Source: Adineta vaga (taxonomy: Eukaryota; Animalia; Rotifera). From it: DNA of 64,000 nt. The stretch is taken from positions 9,052,001-9,116,000 of the forward strand of contig CP075495.1 of the NCBI GenBank assembly GCA_021613535.1, in the 5' to 3' direction. Both the position numbers and the translations under genes were made by a program. Shown here in pieces: positions 1 to 11,427 of the stretch. The notes under the pieces are model-generated. The model was not told the DNA's origin. It made no database searches and saw only the letters and a program-made list of their open reading frames with translations. The first letter of the stretch is position 1. Every line of letters starts with the position of its first letter.

Positions 1-214
1 GTTACCCAACTGTTCAACGATTCCTTGGTTATAATTCATAATCAATTAGACTTCTTTTCGTCTTCTTCTTCTTCTCTTTCAAAAAAAGAACAATTTTTAA
101 AATCGATATGTAAACATTGTATTACGTTCAATTTCATCCAAATAGCCAACATATTTACATATAAACATTCATCATACTGATAATCATTTATTTTTATTTA
201 ATATTCTTATTATC

Positions 215-240
215 CTCTCTCTCTCTCTCTCTTTCTCTCT
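215..240. repeat. (CT)n microsatellite
   Basis: Direct sequence; similar (CT)n and (TA)n tracts at ~11933, ~12085, ~13028 and ~35220. Confidence 0.85.
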
Positions 241-1019
241 ATCTATGCACAATAAAAGTTGATCAAAAACATCACATTGAATATATGTTCTAATAACTTC
301 AGCTTGAAGAAATGACACATTTTGATGTTAAATATTCTGCTACAGAGCATGAACTACTGTTTCTGAAAATATAAAATATCTAAATTTCCTTAATTCTGAA
401 TAAAACAGATTCAACAATTGATGACTTAAAAAGATAAAGTTCTGAAAATAGTTGAGGATCAATACATTATAATACACAGACGTAGTCTATGAATGATAAA
501 TCAATCATTTGTTTATTGTTTCTGTGTAATCAAAGAATATATGAATCTGTATACAGGTGTATGATTTCAACTGTCATTACGTTGTATTCAATAATAGAAA
601 TATTATTCACTGGAAAAATAGTTCATGTATCATGTTGTGTGATAACTGTAACAAAACATAATTTGAGGGTTGAGTGAGGTCAATTATGATGCAAAACATC
701 GACAACGAATATTTATGATTGGCGATATTCGTTGCGCTTCATTTACTTTCTTCGTATAATGAAAAGTTACACTTCAGCTCATATTTTACATGTGCCTCTC
801 ACGTTCTCTATGCTGTATGTAGCAAATGCATAGATAGTGCATTTGTTATTGTGTGAATATGGTTTGAACTTTGTCGTATAACTAATAAAAAAATGTTATC
901 TATTCATAATAATAAGTCAGTTATATCAATCAATCTGCACATCACTGACTACGATTAGATATAAAACAATATGAATTTTGTATATTTTTAGATATACATT
1001 ATAATAGAACTTCGTTAAA

Positions 1020-2524
1020 ATGGCAACATTAAAGGTTTACAAAAAATCTAAAATAATCAATCATCGAAGATGTATGAAACTCTTTTACTCTCTGGTAATC
1101 TGTACAGTTATATTCTGTCTGATATTTAGTGAAGTCCTTTTGACTTTCGGAAAATTTATACCAACTTCTTTCTTATCGTTATCAGTTTTTAGTTTAACTA
1201 TTGATGCAGCATCTGATATTGTTGAACAATGGCTTTCATCTACAACAATTGATAATAATCTAACGCAATCAATATTTCAAGCTCGCTCTTATCCATACTA
1301 TCCACAATTTCCTATTCTTATTTACACTCAAAACTTATCATTATTACAAAATACATCTAAACTTATTTTATTGGGCAATGGATTTTTTGAAGATCCCACA
1401 TGGGGTATGACTGCAAGTGGAAAATCACAAAAAGACTTAAGTAATTCAATCAGCTATTAGAAGAAAATCTGTTAGAAATGTACATTTCTCTATTTATTTT
1501 TCAGTGACAGGACTTTCGTGTCCATATTTGGCCAATTATTGTGATATAACAAGTGATAAAACTTTCTTTTCCGATGCCGATGCTGTCGTTTATCATGCTC
1601 GTGATCCTATTGATAGAGAAGAAGCGAAAAAAAATCGTCATCAAAGACAACGTTTCGTATTTGCTCTTTGGGAATCTCCTGCACATACAGATAGTTTGAA
1701 ATCTTATAACTCATTTTATAATTGGACAATGACCTATCGATTTACATCTCATATTGTGGCTTCATACTATTCCAATACATATCTTCATAAATCTAGTGAT
1801 TATTATCAATTCTTATTACGAGAAAATGCAACAAGAGGTCTTCCTTGGACTTTTGGTCAACTAGATCATCAACCTTCAGATGAAATTCTAGCAGAGAAAA
1901 AGCTAGGAACTGTTGCTGCATTAATATCTAATCAAGGTGGATCAAGTCGACGTTTATATTATATTAAATATTTAAAACGTTATATTGATGTAACAGTTTA
2001 TGGAAAACATTCTGTACCATGTCCAAAAGATGTTGATTGTGTAGAATTTATTGCAAAAAATTATTACTTTTATCTTAGCTTTGAAAATAGTCTTTGTCAA
2101 GATTATACAAGTATGTAGGGAAAATTTTCATTGTCTCTTTAAGAAAACTTACTATTCTTTAGCGGAAAAATTCTTTCGTATGCTTCACTATACGATCGTA
2201 CCAGTTGTTCTTGGTCTATCCAATTATTCGTATTTCATTCCGTCATCAGGTTTTATTGATGTAAATAATTTTGAGGGTGTCGCTCCTTTGGCTCAATATA
2301 TGCGTGAAGTTCGTCAAGATAAAGAAAAATATCTATCATATTTTTCGTGGAAAAAAGATTATGTTTGGAATAAGAATACATTTTTTACTCCATTTTGTGA
2401 TCTTTGTTTACGTTTACATCTTGATTCTCAACCGAATGTAATCGAAGATATTGATGCCTGGTGGCATGAAAATACATGCCAAAAACCACGAAAAATGAAA
2501 GCATTTTCATCATTTCACTGGTGA
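1020..2524 (+). CDS. Alpha-1,3-fucosyltransferase (glycosyltransferase family 10), 3 exons (1020-1440, 1505-2110, 2163-2524)
   Basis: N-terminal type II TM anchor; ADAVVYH, WESP and YNWTMTYR motifs. GT-AG introns at 1441-1504 and 2111-2162 join in frame to give the GT10 motif YFYLSFENSLCQDYTTEKFF, followed by VPVVLG and Y.SYFSW. Confidence 0.92.
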
Positions 2525-4427
2525 TTTTTATTTAAATCTTTTGATTTTGTTTTTATAAGTTATCTTTACGTTGTTGTACTCTTATTTTAATTATATTCCT
2601 AGAATTTTGTATCAAATGAGCGAATGAATGAATTCAAAATACTTCGATTATTCTGATTATGTGAACACTTGAAAAAATAAGGTATATTGTTAAAATCATG
2701 ACAATGATATCTTGAATTGTTATGTCGAGTAAGATTCTTAGAGAATAATCATTGGATATGAACAACAAATGTAACAGCATGTTAAAAGATATGACAGATC
2801 ACAATGAGGTTTCATGGAAGTCTAGAAAAAAGAAAATAATCCGTATAGATAAGACTACAGAAACATTCTGATTACAAAAGTATCTTAAATATAAGAATCA
2901 ATATTTTTTATTGAAGTTCAATACTTCTTTTGTAATCTTCAGTTTCATTTCTAAAACATCGATTATACATAGAAAGTTTGATGTCATCTACCGTATCTTC
3001 TCATACGATGACCTTAATATATGAAAGGTCTAGTTTGATCATTATCTCCAGTACTTTTCCTTAACTAACTATAAATACTATCCAAACATCTATAAGAGTT
3101 TTGTTAATCAAGTACAACTTATCTCATCAATATATTCGAAAGATTTTAGCAAATTACGTTCATTCTTGATTTCTGTTACTTAAATATTATGAATAATGTG
3201 CTAGTACCATTTTAGGGAATCATTTTCTTTAATAAATGCCAATCGCGTCGTTGATATTTTCATCATCTTTTCTACTTCTTTCTTAGATTCAATTAATTAT
3301 TCATCGAATAAACATACTTAAAACTATTCGAAATAAATGATTTATCTCAGATCATCGAAAAAATTTCTTCAAAATGAATTGATCGAAGTAGAAAAATCAT
3401 CATCGATATCAGGAACAACGAATACCTTCGCTATACTTCCTTCCCAACTTACTGTTGGTCAATGATAAAGAACATTGCCGATCTTTGTTATTGTATTATG
3501 GAACTCTTGCGGTTTTTTTAGAAACACGTCTTCCATATATTGCTTTCGTTTTGTCTATAATTTTGTTATGCTTGTCGCAGTAAGATGGAATAGGTTTTGT
3601 TCACTTTGTTTTACGAATATTTGATAATATTCAGGGAGAAACCATTGAAACATTTTCCGGTACTGCACTATGTCTTTCAACAATGGCAAGTATTTAAATA
3701 AGGATAAATTCGAGATTGAATAAATATTTGATCTATTGAGTAGCTGCTAGTCTCGGAAATGCTGTCAGTGATGTTATGGTGATAATATACAATAACAACT
3801 TTTTTTAGTCTTGTTGATCGTATTGAACAAACTTGTGGAGGATTTTTAGCTTTATTTGGAATGTAGTGCACAAAAGCTAACGACTACTCAATGGAGATCA
3901 CGATCTGTTCATTTAACACAATTAATGGTACGATAAATTAGTATATCTCAATTATGTACATAACACGTTTTATCCTTTGATTATTTAATCCGAAGTAATT
4001 TGTATATTCTTGGGTAAATTGCAATTTTTCTTTTTCAAATTTTATTGATTAGTATTTCCTTATTTCTATATAGAATGTATATTAGGTAAATGCAATTGTT
4101 TTTACTAACTTATTTGACCACGTTCGTATCTAATAGGAATGTGTCTACTACTCTTTCGCGACATATCATCAAACATATCGACAACGAACAATAAGGATTA
4201 ATCGAAGGCTTATATTAATGATGAAATATGCACAACAATTGTAAACATGAATTCATGTCATTTTCGAATATACGTATTATATAAGTCAACACTTTAATAA
4301 TCACTCTTGATTAATTCCTACCGTTATATATTGCCTTTCTTCAAAGTTTAGTATTTTCAATCACCTACTAAATGATGTGAAAATAAACGAGAAAAATTCA
4401 AATTTACTTTCGAATGTAAACAGATTA

Positions 4428-5494
4428 TCAAATGAAAAACTGAACATAAACAAAAACACATTCTATTAATTGATAATATTCTTGTTTCAAGATCATATAA
4501 GTGAATAAACTAATTAAAATAAAAAACAAATTGGATGTTAAACAATTGATATGATTTTTCGATGACTTAACCAATACTTGATAACATTTTTGTAGGAATA
4601 TTTGAATCTGCTGAATATGTTCATCATTTGCTAACGTATTTTGACATTTCAATTTTAATGGTGATAAACATTGTACATATTCGAATGCATAATGACATAC
4701 TGTTCGATTAAGTTTTGCTAATGACTGATTCCAATGACCACACGAATCGATAATGAATTTTTTCCGACAATGATATTCAACAGCTATTGTTGTTCGACGT
4801 TTTCTAGATTTACGTTTACGTGGTTTTCGTGTTGTTGAACGTCGTGTACGTGGAAGACGTCGAGGAATTCGTATTTGATCATGAAGATCATGACAACCAT
4901 GTGATGTTGCTTGAGTTAAATATACTTTAAAAGTTAGTTTAAGAGTTTCTAATAAAAGAAAGTACAAATCTTTAATCATGTCAACAAAAGTACAAACGAT
5001 GTCGATCCAGTATTGTAAACTCAGTCACCTTAAGAATATCTAAACGTCATTCATCTTTTCAACGAATATGAAAACCATCATAGCAACGAAGTTTCTCTTA
5101 GTTACCTTTAAATGAAGAATGAAAAAACGTGCTTTTCGTAAAAACAATATTTTTACATCTTGAGTTAGTTTTTTTTCCTCTTCAGAATGAAAACAAGCGA
5201 TTATTTTTACCTAAAGCCGGTCCATATTCTTGAACTTCTGTGCAATTTTCCAAGCGTCTATTGACACAATCAACATGTTTTTTTGCTTCATGACAAAATT
5301 CTGCAATATTTACTTTGATTGTTACTGGTGGTAATGGACACTTATGAAATGAAACACAATGAGAAAAAAAAGAAGAAAAATTATGTTGATTCTTCTACTT
5401 TATTATAAAAGAATATATCGCATGAACCATCAGTAAAAACATCGATAAACATTAATAGAACTAGGAAACAAATTCGAATGAGAATCTTGTGCAT
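4428..5494 (-). CDS. Secreted or GPI-type protein with two Cys-helical repeats (RGM-N/neuritin/DUF19-like) separated by a polybasic linker; 3 exons (5494-5399, 5340-5211, ~4948-4428)
   Basis: Spliced product MHKILIRICFLVLLMFIDVFTDGSCDIFFYNK|CPLPP...FCHEAKKHVDCVNRRLENC...YGPAL|ETLKL...SHGC...RRSTTRKPRKRKSRKRR...VCHYAFEYVQCLSPLKLKC..., then a hydrophobic tail. Signal peptide and in-frame GT-AG junctions seen directly. Confidence 0.7.
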
Positions 5495-5915
5495 ATTTAT
5501 TTCGTTGTCTTCATAAACAATAGACAGTCAATCAAATATTGTGACGACATGTCTTTCGTTTGATTCAATCGTAATCCTCATCTTTCTTTCGTGTCTGATT
5601 GAGAAGTAAAGATCGATAATTTCGTCTGATTGCAAAGAAAAATTGACTTTCATATTCTTAAATAATCTGTTCGAATTTTTTTTCTTCTTCTCCTCTTCTA
5701 TTTGTTGTTATCACCGTGTCTCGTGCAGTGACAGACATAAATGAATAATAATAGAAAGAAAGAAAGAAAGAAAAAAATTAGTCAAAATAGACGAGAAAAA
5801 AAGTATAGAAGCATTATTTTAATGAATAGATTTTTTTTGACGCGAGAAATAATAATAGTAAAAAAAATACGGCAATCGTTCTGTTACATCGTCTTATTCA
5901 TTCAACTAGCTGGTA

Positions 5916-8029
5916 ATGTCTTCTTATACGATTATTATATTCGTGATAATCTCAGTATGGATGATGAGTTCAATTACAAATACATTTCGAACTGATTATT
6001 TTAATGAAAAGATCTGGTTTCACGAAGGAAATATCTTACATATAAATCAACCAGTTTTCTGGACCGCATTTCAACAACATCGAAATGTTAATAGACAGTA
6101 TGTGAGAGAAAAAAACGTTTCTTTTCTTTGAAATTTTAAAGTGAAGTTCTCAAGAAATTCTATGAGCAAGTTGTTGTTTTTAGCACTGAAAAAAAAATTG
6201 ATGCTTATGTAACATTTGAAGCATTGTAATGAATTATTACTGTGTTTCTTAGATTCTAATATCTCCTACGTTTTTTTTTGAAGATAGATCTATTCTTTAA
6301 GTAGTTTCAATTTTTATATTAGATTTGGTACGCTCAATATAAAAATGTGATTTTCTTTGAGAACAGATTTCCTAAAAATATGAACTTCATAACTTTGAAC
6401 ATACTAGAAACAACTTCTTTTTGATTTAATAGTATCGATTGGCTTGATAATGAAATCTCATCGGTAAATCATCAAATAAATTTAGTCAAACAACAAATTA
6501 TTCTTCTCTCTCATGCTCGAGCAAATCATCTTCAACAATAAATCAAGATTCTATAAATATTACCTCAGTAGCGATAAAAAATCATACATCATCATCTTCT
6601 TCTCGTCGTCGATCGCCAATCAAAATTCCTAAAAATCAACGAAATATTCAAATTGTCAAACTACTTTCGAATGAACCCTTCTTCGATGGATATCGTGAAG
6701 ATCTAATAGAAATTTATGAAATCTCAATAACTGCAACAATTGAATGTATTGCTATTGTTAGTGAACGGCAATCTATTGAAAAATATCTCTTTGTTAAATT
6801 ATCCAATGGTACAATAGATTCTTATGAAATGAATAAAAGTAGATCATTAAAAGAAACTTATTGGAATATGAATCAACCGTTATCAGTATGGAATAATCCT
6901 GGTAAACAACTTCAATATTATCGAAGATTTCTTCAAGATAACAAAACAAATGTCATCATGATTAGTGATCAGCTGACGGAAATTAAAAGTATGTATTATG
7001 AAGATTTTCAATAGAAAGTTGAGAAATTTGCTTATTTCAGATGTAGACTAGATTACACATGTGTGCGTGTGTGTATGTAAGAGTTTACTGAGCATGATAT
7101 CTATGAATTCTCTGAGAGAGGAAACGGATATTTGAGAGAAAATATTTATGATAATCTTGACAGAAAACAGATAAAACTTTGATAAAATATTTTAGATCGT
7201 CCAAAATTGAATGATGCACATTTCTTCTATATGATGGGACAAATTCTTCGCATTAAATATCATATTGATTCATCCAGTCTTTCTTGTATATTAGAATCAT
7301 TTTTTGATAATATTTACAGTATGTATAGTATTTAAACATTTTCCTCATTTTTTTCAAAAAATTTGTTAAAGCTTGTGATGGTCGATTAATCTATCCTCAT
7401 GAATTGAAACTCTTATCAAATGATAATAATCAATTTGTCTTCTATGCTGTTATGATGGATGTAAGTAGTTTTGAAATATTCATCGAAATCTTCTTCATAG
7501 TCTTATTTTAGACAGAAATTGATAAAAAAATCTATCCTCTCGATAGAAATAATCGAATAAGAAAGGATGATCAAGTTTCTTTTCTTTTCAATAGTCATCC
7601 ACAATTCCATTCATTATCGGCATTATCATGTCCGGAATGTATTCGACAACAACAAACGTTTCTGTTCAATAGTAATCAAGAATTTATTGAACATCATGTT
7701 GATAAGTAAGATCTGTTACTTTACAAATAATGATTGAGATTCGTAGATATTCCTGTGTGAAGATAAACTTTTACTAAGCACTAAATTCGTTATAAGATAA
7801 GTAACGAGAGAATAAATCTGTCTTTTTATTTAGTGGTATTGATGAAACACCACCAATCATTCCTGTTGAAGAAAATCCATTACTTATTAATATTCAAAAT
7901 TTTATTGTCTATGCTATTGTCACAAGTGTTGGACTCTATGTTCTACTTGGTATATTTTTGAATCGTAAACAAGTATCTCATGGAAATTCAACTAAAAAAC
8001 AATTGATATTATCCCGTCGTAATCGATAA
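5916..8029 (+). CDS. Unknown multi-exon type I membrane protein
   Basis: Signal-peptide-like start MSSYTIIIFVIISVWMM, several internal exons flanked by GT-AG, and a last exon with a TM segment FIVYAIVTSVGLYVLLGIFL followed by a basic tail ending TAA at 8027-8029. Not all internal junctions were verified. Confidence 0.55.
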
Positions 8030-8243
8030 TTTCTAGGAATTAAATTTTTTTATTCAAATAGCAAAAGAAAAGAACACAGATAATTTTTTTAAATAGGAAT
8101 ACTAATTGTTTAAACTACGAATAATAATAATAATACTTTTTCCTGTTTCTTTGTTTAATATATACGCAACTGTGATAAGAAATAAAAAGAAAACAGATAT
8201 ATCTGTTCAATGAGCGGATACAAGACGAAGACAATAGAAAATT

Positions 8244-10617
8244 TTATGAACGATTATTATTTGTGGGTGCATGTCGTTCAACGAGAACGTTATTATTTGG
8301 ATAACGTGATCGATTTGTGGTAGTTGATTGACGTTTATGAAACGTAACATGACGTTGTTGATTATTTGTTTTATTGACACTTGTAGGCTAAAAAGAAAAC
8401 CGAATTATTCGTGTATTAGTCTTCTTTTGGTTTTCAGTAATATCGAAAAACATACGCGAACAGTACGACGTGCTTCTCCTGTACGATATATTGTACTTGG
8501 TAAAGATTCTTTATAAACATGTGTTGGAAATGAATGATAATGTGTTGAAGATTTTGTACCATTTTCTTGATTGTTATCATCCGTTAATTGTTCATCACTA
8601 CTGCTATGATCTGTATTACAGAAGTAGAAAAAAAATAAAATAACCTTGAAATTGTTTTTTCTGCGGATTCAAAGGGAGATTAAGTGAATTCATATTGAAG
8701 TATTTATTTTAATTTAAATTCTATTCTTTCTTTTTAGACACGCAGTTATGTAATAGAATCTAGAGATTTTTCTTATTTACACTGGTATATGAAACGAACA
8801 TTTCTTAGTTTGAAAACTATTAATTGATATATATATATATATCGACTCTAAGACGAAATATATTTTTGGTTATAATCGTCAAAAATTACTATCAGTAAAT
8901 TTATCATATGTATTACAATTTCAAGTATTGTCTAGAGATTTTATCTAAAAGTATTAAGTCATCTACTTCTTAAGATAAAATTCTAATTTAATTGCAGCAA
9001 AATTTCTTACGATTACAACATCGTCGCATTTGGTGGTGTTGTTGTTGCTGTTCTTCTGCTGTTGTCGTTGTTGTTGCAGTTGTTTCTAATTCATTGTCAT
9101 TTTTAAGTAAAACTGACATTGCTTCCATATTTAAGGCACAAACTCCACGCATGAATGCTTTTTTTAAGGCTTCATCATGTTCACCTTTATCAAGTTTAAG
9201 ACGAGCAATTTCTTCAGTTGCATTTAATAATTGCAATTCTAATTGTTTATATTTCAATTCATATTCATTACCTAATTCAATTAAAACATCTTTTGCTTTC
9301 TTTTCACATGCTAATTCAAAACGTTTTTTCCATCCTTGTTCAACTACATTCTTCCAATTAGTTAAGGCTTTCTATCATAATAAAAACAAATCAAACGATT
9401 TCTTATATTAAATTTAATCGAATCAACCTACACGTTTGATTTTATCTTCATAGAATCGTTTTGCTAATGATAAAGAATATTGTTGTCGTTGTTTTTCAAC
9501 ATGTACTAGACGCCATTCATAATAACGACGATAAGCAATTGTTTTGTGATATAATAAATCTAATGCTTTGTTCAGATTCTTTTCTGTTTGATCTTTTTGA
9601 TCGATTGTTTGTTCATAATGTGTTAACATTTCACGCATTGTTTTTATGTCTTGATTTAAACGTACATATTCTTTTGCTTGACTAAAACGGAAAATAATAA
9701 TCGAGAGATTTTTGTTCGTTTTCTACTTACGCTTGTTTTTCACGAAGTGTATTTTGTTGTGCTTCTTCAAGAAATTCTAATCGTAATTTATCAAATTCAG
9801 TCTTTGTAAAATAAAAATAAAATCAACAACAACAATTGATTAAAGATGAAATAAAAAAATTGTGTTTTTTACCATAAGATTCTTTTTTAAATCTAAATAC
9901 CAATGATCCATTTTTTCAGTAATTGGTTTTGATTCTAAATTGTTGGATATAAATTCAGAATAACGAAGTAAATGGTATGAGCAACTGGATCATCGCATTC
10001 CCTTGGCGTTAGTTGATTGTCGATATTGTATTGTTCATTTAATGAACTTGTTGATGTTGTTAACAATTGTTGAAGAGATGGAATCTGAGATAATTGTTGT
10101 CGTTGAGTGTCTAGAATAATTTGTTTGAAATTCAATGGTCTAAAATCATTCTTGTTTTTACCCATGACAGAAAGTGATTTGTCAGTTCGATGTGTTTCTG
10201 GACTACTTAAATCAATCAAATCAGTGACTTGATCATCTAGAATATTAAAAAAATATGTTTGTGCATATGAGAAAAGATGGTTAACTAACTTCTTTTGGGT
10301 ATCGGTCGTTGTCCAAGTCCTAGTGCAGTTTGATTCATTGTTACTTTTGTTGTATAACCATCTGTAGAGACAACAATGGCTCGTCGTAATAAATCCTCAT
10401 ATTCGTTCTGAATGACAGTTAAAGAAATAAAGAAAAGTTTACTATAATTCTTTTTCTATGTAGCAAATCGAAATACACAAGAAGTGATCTATGTAGAGAT
10501 TAATATGTGAGTACAAAAAGGAATCAATTACACACTACAGCCAACCTGTAAGCGTGAGGAAACTGAAGAGCCAGGAGAATCAGGTGGTAACTGTGGTGGT
10601 CCGGATGTTACTGACAT
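8244..10617 (-). CDS. POC5: Centrosomal/centriolar protein POC5 homolog (multi-exon)
   Basis: N-terminus PPDSPGSSVSSRLQ|NEYEDLLRRAIV, a central coiled coil, the hallmark LKKAFMRGVCALNMEAM, and C-terminal VLVERH all match the POC5 family as recalled. Confidence 0.88.
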
Positions 10618-11019
10618 GTTGGGTTTGTTTTATTTTATCTTAAATATACATCTAAAACAATGTAAAAACATGTAATTGATCTATGATTTAATGTTAGTTC
10701 TTTAGTTTCAAATATTGTAAATATGACCTTATGTCATATTATGTCACGCAAATATATTGATAAAATTCGCAAATAGATTATTATTCAACATCGTTATGAT
10801 ATAACAGAAAAATGTTCAATTTATATAGTAATACTTTCTGCTAAATATAAAAACCATATTATGAAGAACTAATGAAAATCGTCTGAAAACAAGAAGGATG
10901 AATTTTGTCAGTTCGTTGAAGAATTAATCATTATCGAGAATAGGAAAAGAAACCACAATAAAATTTAGACAATAGCAAGTCATTTATATTTGAACATGCA
11001 CTGAATACTGCCATTGGTA

Positions 11020-11032
11020 GTTGCTAGGTTAC
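11020..11032. promoter_or_regulatory. RFX X-box in the divergent POC5 / NlpC-P60 intergenic region
   Basis: GTTGCTAGGTTAC; its reverse complement GTAACC-T-AGCAAC fits GTNRCC-N0-3-RGYAAC exactly. CCAAT/ATTGG boxes lie nearby (~11013, ~11072). Confidence 0.6.
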
Positions 11033-11427
11033 TTTTACCACAAGAGACTGTAATGGCTCAATTTAAAAGAGACCAATCTGATTTCAAGCTCAATAAATTT
11101 TTAAAATTATTTATTACGAACAAATTGATCATGTTTCACGAAAAAATTTTAATTTTTCTTCTGAGATAGTTTTTCCATTGCTTCAAATTTAAAAGAAAAT
11201 TCACTTTGAAAGTATCATTAAATGGTCAAATCTACTTAATTAATCATTATTATTCAATCGTCTACAGAGGTCGTTCTAGTAATCTTCTATATACTAAAGG
11301 AGGATGTTAAGCAACACATCGATAAAAGCTATGAAATGAGTGTTTTTGATTTCTTTTTTTTTTTGTTCTTTTGATAATAACAAGATGTTGTTGTTGTTGT
11401 TGTTCTTTTGAAATCATTCTTTTCATC

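Noticed and set aside
3130-3900. Coding-like stretches with in-frame stops on both strands (possible decayed gene)
   Set aside because: No recognisable family, consistent frame or splice pattern, so a pseudogene call cannot be supported.
8992-9411. Plus-strand ORF with a poly-Cys run (also 11371-11427)
   Set aside because: 8992-9411 is an antisense translation of the POC5 CAA/ACA repeats; 11371-11427 is a (TGT)n tract upstream of the true ATG.
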